This document shows, one piece after another, positions 1-9,500 of a stretch of DNA of 64,000 nt. The translations under genes and the position numbers were made by a program. The stretch comes from a virus. Below the pieces are notes generated by a model that worked only from the letters and a program-made list of their open reading frames with translations, searched no databases and was not told the origin of the DNA. Every line of letters begins with the position of its first letter. Within the stretch, counting starts at the first letter, position 1. The stretch spans positions 3,658 through 67,657 of IMG/VR virus record IMGVR_UViG_3300035661_000056; one strand, given 5' to 3'.

Positions 1-29
1 CAGATAAATTACGGGCATCAGTATCTAGT

Positions 30-2297
30 ATGGAAGCGTATATGCTTCGACTTAAACAAGCTAAAGAAGAGCTTAGTAAAAGTACCGATGCTATTGATAA
101 AGCAACTGAGGATAGCAAAGATCCAAAAAATAAAGCTAAAAAATATAGAGGGGAATATCGAAAAATTATAGATGTTGAAACAGAACGCGCTAATATACTA
201 AGAAAATCTATAAAAGAAGATACAGAGCATTTAAACAATATTAAAGAAACATATAAAGGCATTCCTAAAGCACTCGCAGAGGCCAGTTTTGAAAGGTTAA
301 CAAAAGGGTTAAAGAATGCAATTGCTCAAGCCGATTTAAATACTCAAAAAGGACTAGTTGGATTAGCTTCCCAAGCGGGAGCTAACATGGATGTAGATAA
401 TGCCAACCTAACCTTAAAAGATCTAGGAATAAAAGCTGAACTAATAAAAAGTAATGTACGTTTAGCTCTTTCCACTGAAAAATTAAACGCTACATCAGCA
501 TATTTGGCACTAGTAACTGAGCGCGCTAGTATTGAGGCAAGTATACACGATCAAACTATGCTAGCCAGACAAGGTGTAGACACTAAAGATAAGCTACAAG
601 AACTTGGTGGAAGATTAGCTCAGAATATAAAAAATACTCCTGATGCAATTGAAAGAGTTAGAATAACTTCTGAGGCCTCTAATAGTAATACACTTCCAAA
701 AGTTACTGCAAAACTAAATACATTATTACCAAGTCTTTCTGCAGAACTTATGGGTGCTCAAGCACAGTTAGCCACTATTGCGGGTGAAGCTGTTGTAGCT
801 GAAACTAATAAGAAGATTGCTACTACTAATTACCCATTAAAAGAGGCAAAAGAGTTAAATAATACTGAACTTGAAAGATTGGCAATTAAAAAGAAAGAAT
901 TAGATTCCATAAAACTTAGTGAAGGTTACTACAGTGATGAGCTAGAATCGGCTAAACTATATAATACTATGGTATCGGAAGCACTAACCTACGCCAATAA
1001 ACAGATAGATGCAGATATACGACTAAATAGCCTTTATGCGGCACGGGATGCATTGCTTAAATCTAAAGATAAAAATAAAGATAAATCTATAGCAGATATA
1101 AACGCTGGAATAAAACAAATTGAAAAATATAAGCAAGTAAATACTGAACAATATGATACTAATCAAAACCTAACAGCATCTGCTAAGGCTTACTCGGAAG
1201 GACTAGCTGAAATTACTAGAAAGTATAACGATCAAATTCATGCTTTAGACATATTAAAAACTGTTAAAACTTCGGATGAAGACGCAGATGCTATTATTTT
1301 AAAAGCAAAGCAAGATAATATGGCTTTATCAGATGCTGAAATTGCTAAGAATGCTAAAATAGCAGCAGATAAAAAAGCAGATCTTACTCTAGAAATGACT
1401 AACTTGCAGACTATTTTAGAATTACATAATAATATAGATAAAATTAAGCTTAGTACTAAATTAACCCCAGAACAGGTTGCAGATGAAATTGCTGCGGCTG
1501 GAAAAGCGGCAAATTATAAAATAGAAAAAGCAACTGCAGATAATGAAGCTGCTAAAAAGTCCAGTAGTGCTATATTAGAGGCTGCTAATATTAATATAGC
1601 AGCTAAATCTAATTGGACTGAGGGTGCTAAAAATGCTTTGAGAGACTATAATAATGAAATTACTAATGTAGCTGCTAATATAAAAAATGTTATGACTTCA
1701 GCATTTAAAGGAGCTGAGGATGCTTTAACAAATTTTGTAATGACAGGGAAACTAGATTTTAAAAGTTTAGTAGATTCAGTTATTGCAGGCTTAGTACGCA
1801 TTAAGATTCAAGAGTCTATCATGCCCGGATTATCTGAAGGATTAGATAAAGGGATATCTTCTATCTTTAATTTATTTAAGGCTGATGGTGGAGCATTTGA
1901 TAGGGGGATAGAAAAATTTGCTAAAGGAGGTTCTTTTACAAATTCTATTGTTTCTGAACCAACAGCATTCAGGTTTGCTAAAGGTATTGGACTAATGGGA
2001 GAAGCTGGCCCAGAAGCTATTATGCCGCTATCTAGAGACTCTAAGGGCACTCTAGGCGTTAGAACTATGGGTAATAATGCACCTCAGATTCAAAACACTA
2101 TTACTATTAATATAGTAGAATCTAAGGAAAAAGCAGGTACTCAAGAACGTACTACAGAAAACGGTGTTGATATGATTACAGTATTTGTAGAAAAAGTTAA
2201 AAATTCTATAGCTGGTGATATAAGTAGAGGTACTGGTTCTGTAACTGGAGCTCTAAGTCGTACTTATGGACTAAATAGAGTAGCAGGAGTATACTAA
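30..2297 (+). CDS. Tail tape measure protein, C-terminal part (probably starts before the window)
   Basis: Long Ala/Lys/Glu helical ORF ending in lambda-type TMP C-terminal motifs (AFKGAEDALTNFVMTGKLDFKSL, FAKGG, GLMGEAGPEAIMPL). Confidence 0.9.
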   Translation: MEAYMLRLKQAKEELSKSTDAIDKATEDSKDPKNKAKKYRGEYRKIIDVETERANILRKSIKEDTEHLNNIKETYKGIPKALAEASFERLTKGLKNAIAQADLNTQKGLVGLASQAGANMDVDNANLTLKDLGIKAELIKSNVRLALSTEKLNATSAYLALVTERASIEASIHDQTMLARQGVDTKDKLQELGGRLAQNIKNTPDAIERVRITSEASNSNTLPKVTAKLNTLLPSLSAELMGAQAQLATIAGEAVVAETNKKIATTNYPLKEAKELNNTELERLAIKKKELDSIKLSEGYYSDELESAKLYNTMVSEALTYANKQIDADIRLNSLYAARDALLKSKDKNKDKSIADINAGIKQIEKYKQVNTEQYDTNQNLTASAKAYSEGLAEITRKYNDQIHALDILKTVKTSDEDADAIILKAKQDNMALSDAEIAKNAKIAADKKADLTLEMTNLQTILELHNNIDKIKLSTKLTPEQVADEIAAAGKAANYKIEKATADNEAAKKSSSAILEAANINIAAKSNWTEGAKNALRDYNNEITNVAANIKNVMTSAFKGAEDALTNFVMTGKLDFKSLVDSVIAGLVRIKIQESIMPGLSEGLDKGISSIFNLFKADGGAFDRGIEKFAKGGSFTNSIVSEPTAFRFAKGIGLMGEAGPEAIMPLSRDSKGTLGVRTMGNNAPQIQNTITINIVESKEKAGTQERTTENGVDMITVFVEKVKNSIAGDISRGTGSVTGALSRTYGLNRVAGVY

Positions 2298-2662
2298 TGG
2301 CAACCTGGCCTTTACCCACAATTAAGCCTACTGGAGGAGTTAGTATTACTCCAGTAGACCAAACTATACGAACAGAAATGGATGTTGGTAGTGCCAGGGT
2401 TCGTAGGCGTACTATGTCTCGTAATGATATATTACAAACATCTTGGCTAATGACCAATGAACAGGTAACTTTATTTAGAAATTGGTTTGAGGACTCCTCA
2501 AACGGAATTTCTGGAGGAGCTGGATGGTTTATAATAAATCTACCTCTAGGGTCTACTATAGAAACTACAGTAAGCGCTAGATTTAAAGGTCCATATACAC
2601 TTGAGCATATTGGCGGTATATATTGGAAAATAAACGGAACACTAGAAATTAGAATACCATGA
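2297..2662 (+). CDS. Minor tail / distal tail protein
   Basis: Follows TMP with overlapping stop/start; RTEMDVGSARVRRR motif typical of lambdoid distal tail proteins. Confidence 0.75.
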   Translation: MATWPLPTIKPTGGVSITPVDQTIRTEMDVGSARVRRRTMSRNDILQTSWLMTNEQVTLFRNWFEDSSNGISGGAGWFIINLPLGSTIETTVSARFKGPYTLEHIGGIYWKINGTLEIRIP

Positions 2663-3183
2663 CCGATACAACACTATCACAAGCACTAAAAGAAGCGTAT
2701 GCAAGCGCTCCTGCAAATACAGTAATCTACCATACCCTAGAATTGTGGCATCCTGTATTTACTGTACCTATTCGTGTAGTAAGAGACTACAATGATTTGA
2801 CAGCTAAGTTAGAGTCTACTGCTCCACGCGACCCTAGTACTAACGTAACCTTTATTGCATTTAATTTTGAATTTACAAAGCCAGAAATTAGCGATACAGG
2901 GGTACCTCAAATCACTATTGTTATGGATAATGTAGACCGGGCTATTATTACTAATGTAGAGGCTGCACTAAGTACAACAGAAATGGTAACAGTAATTTAC
3001 CGAGAATTTCTTAGTACAGATTTAAGTGCTCCTCAAAATAATCCTCCTTTACAGATGACAATTTTAAGTGTTGTATCAGATGTATTTAAAGTTACAGCTA
3101 CTGCTGGGTTTCCTAATTTAATGAACTATAGATTCCCTCGTATTGAGTATAGCCCGGAAGTGTTTGTAGGATTAACAGCATGA
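2659..3183 (+). CDS. Minor tail protein (DUF1833-like)
   Basis: ALKEAYASAP...YHTLELWHP...IRVVRD motif; position in tail tip module. Confidence 0.75.
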   Translation: MTDTTLSQALKEAYASAPANTVIYHTLELWHPVFTVPIRVVRDYNDLTAKLESTAPRDPSTNVTFIAFNFEFTKPEISDTGVPQITIVMDNVDRAIITNVEAALSTTEMVTVIYREFLSTDLSAPQNNPPLQMTILSVVSDVFKVTATAGFPNLMNYRFPRIEYSPEVFVGLTA

Positions 3184-3569
3184 GTTTTAGTAAATATATT
3201 GGAATACCTTGGGAAGCTGGAGCACAGGGCCCAGAAGCGTTTGATTGTATGGCATTTTTCCGATATATACAAAAAGAGCATTTCGATATTGAAGTTCCGA
3301 GTATTATTGCACCTGACTATGAAGATCAGTATGCTATTGCAGATTTATTTGCAACACATGCAGAAAGACAGAAGTGGGTACGTATTGAACACCCTATACA
3401 TGGTTGCGCTGCATTAATTCATAGACCAATGCACATAGGTATATGGTTAAATATTGATGGTGGTGGAGTACTGCACTGTGTACGCGGATCAGGTGTAGTT
3501 TTTACTAGTGATAGTTCATGGCTTGTGAGTGGCTTTGGACGTAAAGAATATTTTAGGTATAAAGTATGA
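3180..3569 (+). CDS. NlpC/P60 tail-associated peptidase
   Basis: YIGIPW...GPEAFDC and HIGIW...VLH catalytic motifs. Confidence 0.85.
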   Translation: MSFSKYIGIPWEAGAQGPEAFDCMAFFRYIQKEHFDIEVPSIIAPDYEDQYAIADLFATHAERQKWVRIEHPIHGCAALIHRPMHIGIWLNIDGGGVLHCVRGSGVVFTSDSSWLVSGFGRKEYFRYKV

Positions 3570-6500
3570 GCACAGTTATTTACCTTGAAAACGGGTTATG
3601 CCCACAAAACAGACGGGTAGAGCAGCATACGAATAAAAGTATTGCTGAACTTGCTCCATCATGGCAGACCCCTTTTATTGCATTTGTAGATGGTAAACCT
3701 ATATTACGAGCAGGTTGGGAACTAGTACTGGAAGAAAACCAGTCTTTAGTGTTTGTAGACGCAGATTCCATACCTATGGGGGGTGGGGGTTCGTCAAATC
3801 CACTACGCACTGTTTTAATGCTTGCAGTGATGACTGTTACTCCTTCTATAGCACTTAATATGCTTGATCCAGAATGGACAGCAATTTTAGGGCCTGCTGG
3901 TGTTAAAATGTTCACTGCAGGTGTTGGTTTAGTGGGTATGGCACTAGTGAATGTTATCGCACCAGCACCTAAACTTACTACTCCACAGCAAGCGGCTGAG
4001 TTAGCTGCACCAAGTCCTACATATAGTATACAGGCTCAAGGAAATAGCGCTAGACTAGAAGCTGCTATTCCTGAGCAATTCGGATATCTGTTATGCTACC
4101 CAGATTTTGCAGCTCAACCATACGTTGAATACTTCAATAATGAACAGTATTTGTACCAGTTATTATGTATCGGACGTGGAAAATATGTATTTAACCCAGA
4201 TACTGATGTTTTTATTGAAGATACCCCAATACATAACTTTGCAGAAGTAAGTGTTACTGTAATACCGCCGTATACTGGGGAAACTCCATTACCCTCCAGT
4301 GTAACTACTAGTGTAGAGGTTTCCGGTCAAACACTTAGCACAACTATTATTGGGCCATTTGTCACTAATGACCCAGATACATTTGTTAATAAACTAGCAT
4401 TTGACTTTATAGCACCACGTGGCATATATTATGCCAATGATGATGGATCGTTAGCTTCACGCTCAGTATCCATTATAATTGAGTACGCTTCTGTAGATAA
4501 TTATGGTAATTTAACTAGTGGATGGACTAAGGTAACTGGGAGTGCGATAGCATATTCTGCTAATACTACTACTCCGCAGCGCTGGAGTTGGGACTGTAAC
4601 GTCCCTAATGGGCGTTATACTGTACGGGTTAGTCGTACAGAAAATGAGAGTACGGCTGCACGTGAGGCTAATAGTGTAGTATGGGCAGGGTTACGCGCGT
4701 ATCATCCTGATCCCCCCGGCAAAAATTATGGGGATGTTACTCTATTATTTATAAAAATGCGCGCTAGCGATAACCTAAGTGGATTAGCTAGCAAAAAAAT
4801 TAATGTTAAATGTACTAGAAGTCTACCTGTATGGAATGGTAATACCTGGATACCAGATACACCAACCCGTAGTGCTGCATGGGCATTTGCTTATGTGTGC
4901 AAACAGGTAGGTCTAACTGATGCACAAATAGATCTATCTGCATTACTTGCTTTAGATGCCGTATGTAATAGTCGTGGAGATACTTTTGACGGACGGTTTG
5001 ATAATTTTCTTAGCTTTTGGGAAGCTGCTACCAAAATTATGCAAGCTGTACGTGCAAAACCGTTCATGCAGGGCGGTATTATGCGCGTTGTTAGAGATCA
5101 GGTTGCAACTATTCCAGTAGCTTTATTTAGCCAAAGAAATATAGTAAAAGGCAGTTTTAGTGTTACCCACTTAATGCCTACCCCAGATACCGCAGATAGT
5201 GTAGATGTAAGCTATTTTGACAGTATTACATGGAAACCTGCTAAAGTCCGCAGTACTTTAGCAGGTAGTACTGCGGATAAACCGGCTAAAATTGACCTAT
5301 TTGGTGTTATTAGCCGTGAACAAGCACATCGCGAGGGATTATACCAAGCTGCGTGTAATAAGTATAGACGCAAGGTTATTAGTTTTCAGACTGAAATGGG
5401 TGGGTTTATCCCTTCATTTGGCGATCTTATTTCTATACAGCACGATATGCCTGCCTGGGGACAGGGCGGAGATGTTTTAGGGTGGAATGCTAGTAATAGA
5501 TATGTTACTTTGTCTGAACAACCTGTATTTACTACAGGTACCCATTATATTGCTTTCAGTAGACGAGATGGCAGTGTAAATGGCCCCTATGCAGTAATAC
5601 CTACTACAGATCCTTATACTGTAGTACTGACTAGTGAAATTAATTCATTTACACCATATACTGGATTGGATGAAGACCGCACACGTTATACATTTGGACC
5701 GGGTATTGCTTGGCACCAACCAGCCCGTGTAACTAGTGTTAAACCACAAAGTATGCATTTAGTTACTATTGAGGCAGTTAATGAGGATGCTAGTGTTCAT
5801 ACCGCAGACACAGGTGTTACCACTCCTGTACAAGTATTTAGTCAATTAAGTACTACAAACTTTTTACCTAGTATATCTGGATTGCATGCTGGCTATAGAT
5901 ACATAGGCGATCGTCAAGTAGTACTTACATGGCAACCGTCTATAGGGGCTGAGAAATATCATATTGAACAGTCAAGCGGTAATGGTGTTTGGGAATATGA
6001 TTCTACAGTATTTTCAAATAGAGCTGATTCCATAGCTAGATTTGGTAGTTTAACTGTTTATAGAGTAGCTGCCGTAGGTATTGCACTTGGACCCTGGAGT
6101 GAGGTAACACCTGATTTAGCCGTAGATATGGGACCTACAATTCCATCTTATGAAATTAGTTCTAGAGCATATGTTACAGTTGATGGTGCACAAAAACAAC
6201 TTCATGAGTTAGTAACAGAAGTTAAATCTGTTATAGTTATTGATACTACTCCACCTCCAACACCTGGAAACTTTACACTATCAGCAGCAATTAGCTCGGT
6301 TTTTATTACTCAAGATACTATTCCTGCATATACTCAGGGTCATGGTCATGGGTCTACTGTTGTTTATGGTGTTGTAAGAGCAAAGGGAGCTCCCGCACCT
6401 ATATTTACTGACGCTACTCGTATTAGTGAGTTTTACGGCACTGTTAGTTCTTATGCAGCTAATCCTTCCCAAACTTGGCATGTATGGATTAAGTGGCGTA

Positions 6501-9500
6501 CTAAAGATGGTATAGAGTCATTAGAACCTGCTGGTGGGCTACATGGTGTATCCGTAACAACTGGTGAGGATGTATCCCTACTGCTTACTGCTTTAACTGG
6601 CGAGATAACTGAAAGCCAACTGGCACAGACACTAAATAGTCGTATTGACCTGATTGATGGACCTGTTAGTACTGCTGGTACTGTAGCTTACCAGATTGCA
6701 CAAGAAACTGCTAATAGAATAGCTGCAAATGAACTTACAACACAAGCACTTTTATCTGAAGTAGATGCTAGAGTCTTGTCGGTTGGGAACGAAGAAGCAG
6801 CTCGCATAGAGGCTAACCGTCTGCAAGATGAAGCATTTCAGAAAGAGGCTAGGATCAATACTGATCGAGCACAAAGCGAGGCCTATGCTGACCTTGCCAA
6901 TACTTTATCTGCTAATGCAATTGAGTTGAATGCAGCAAGCACTGTCGCCATTGCACGGCAGGAGCTTACACATACAATAATTGATGGTCTATCTGCAGAA
7001 GCTGCACTGCGTACCATACTTGCTGCAAAACTTGATACTGATATTGGTAATACATTGGCAGCCATTTCAACTGAGCAACTAGCTCGGGTTAATGCAGACT
7101 CTGCTGAGGCTGAATCTCGCAAACTATTGTCTGCTCAATTGCTTGGGGAAGATGGAACCGCCAGTACATCAGGATTAATTTATTCAAAAGATAAAGTTAG
7201 AGCAGATGCTGATAATGCTTTGAGTGAGCGCATTACACTACTCTCTGCTGGCTCTGCTGAGCAATTTGATTCAGCCAATATCTGGTACTTTGATACTACA
7301 GTAGAGGGTTGGGCGGGTAATGGTACACCGACGGTTACATTGAGCTTTTTACGCCCTGCTAATGTAGCCAGCGATGCATACGTAATTTCACCTGTCTTTT
7401 CTCTAGATGGAGATAAGTATAAGCAGGTTCGTATGCGCATACAGAAGGTTGGAAGTCCAATATTCGCGGGCTATCTAGACTGGATAGTAGGCAGCGATAC
7501 TACTTGGGACATATCTACCCGTAGGATCACATTTACAGAACCAACCTACATTAGTGGCACAGCATTAATAACGGTAACAGCGCCCTGGTCTGGAACAGTA
7601 AAACAACTTCGTTTATCATTATCTAGCGCACAGACTGCCACAGATTATTTTGAGATTGATTGGGTGGCTGTTGGTAGACCATCTCCGGGTGCTTCGTCTG
7701 CTCAACTACAAGAGTTAAACCGCGTGACAGTGGATACCTCTAATAGTACGTCACTAGCATCAAAGCTTAATACTTTAACAGCCACTATAGGTGATGCAAA
7801 TACTGGGTTGATTAAGTCTTTGGCTACTATTGCAAATGACTATATCACGGCAGCCACTTTAAACTCATCCGTTGCAAATGGACAGAGCTCGCTGACAGCT
7901 AAAATGGGGCCAGTACGGGTATTTCGTCAATCCGAACCTCCAACACAAGTTGCAAACTTTGAGGCTATCACGCTCAAAGATGGGTCGACAACTTATTTGC
8001 CAAAATTGTCAGTTGGCAGCACTTGGTATGATACTGATGATGGTAATAAGCCATATACTTGGAGTGGTACAGACTGGGTGTACACACCAGATACGTCAGC
8101 CACGGCTACTCAAGCATACATCAATAATCTTGAGACGGCACTTGCTAACCCCACAACAGCCACTACTAACGCTTGGAAAGATGCTATAGCTGAAGTTACA
8201 AATCCGGTCACTGGATTGTCAGCTACAAAAGCAGCAGTTAATACTCTTACGGATACAGTTGCAGCCCAAAAAGAAGCATCGGCCACAGATCATAAGTCTT
8301 TATTAGTGCAAGGTGAAGAAGATGGATATACACAACTTCGTAACATTCTTAATGGAGAGATAGAAAGCAAGCGTCTATCAAGCACTATCGCATTGGTAGC
8401 ACAAGACCTAGATGCAAAGATTGTAGATGGACTATCAGCGGAAGCAGCGGCTAGGACAACTTTAGCTACAGAGGTAGCGAGCAATAAGGCTACACTAGTC
8501 AACGACTATTATACTAAAACTGATGTCAATAAAGTTACCTCCAATGCAACAACTACTCTAAAGGCTGAAATGGAGGGTATCAATGGTTCTGTAGGTTCTT
8601 TAAAGGCTACACTTACTAATGATTACTCCACAACGGCTACTACTACTGCTGCTGCTGCTGCTGCACAACAGGCTTTAGTTGCCCATATGGGGCCACTATT
8701 AGTTTTTCGTGAACCTGGAACTGCACGTATTGATGGTCCGGATATAGGTGGGCCTGCGCAAGACTTTAATTACCTTCCAAATAAGATCATTCTAAGTACT
8801 GGTGAAGTGAAGTACCTGCCCAAATTATCTACAGGGGCTATTTGGTATAATACAGCTAATAGTAACAAACCCCATACATGGGATGGCAGCACTTGGATAT
8901 ATACTCCTGATGTATCACCTACAGCTACCAAAGCATATATAAATAATCTTGAGACGGCACTTGCTAACCCCACAACAGCCACTACTAGCGCTTGGAAAGA
9001 CGCTATAGCTGAAGTTACAAATCCGGTCACTGGATTGTCCGCTACAAAAGCAGCAGTTAATACTCTTACTGATACAGTTGCGACCCAAAAAGAAGCATCA
9101 GCCATTGATCGTAAGGCTTTATTAGTACAAGGTAAAGAGGATGGTTACACTCAGTTACGTAATGTACTCGCTGGGGAAGAGGGTAATAAACGTATCTCAG
9201 AAACACTTGCTATGGTAGCGCAAGATTTGGATGCAAAGATTGTAGATGGGCTATCGGCTGAGGCTACAGCTAGGACGACTCTTGAAGCTACAGTTTCTGG
9301 AAACAATGCAACATTGCTAAATAAATATCGCACCTATGCGGACCAGGATGTTGTTACAGCCTCAGCACTTACGCAATTAAAAGCTGATATTGAGAATAAA
9401 ACAGGTAGTTCCTTGGGTGCACTGCTTAATAAAGACTACTCAACTACAGTAGATATGAATGGGGCAATTGCCAATGCCAAGACGCAGCTTAAAGCTTACT

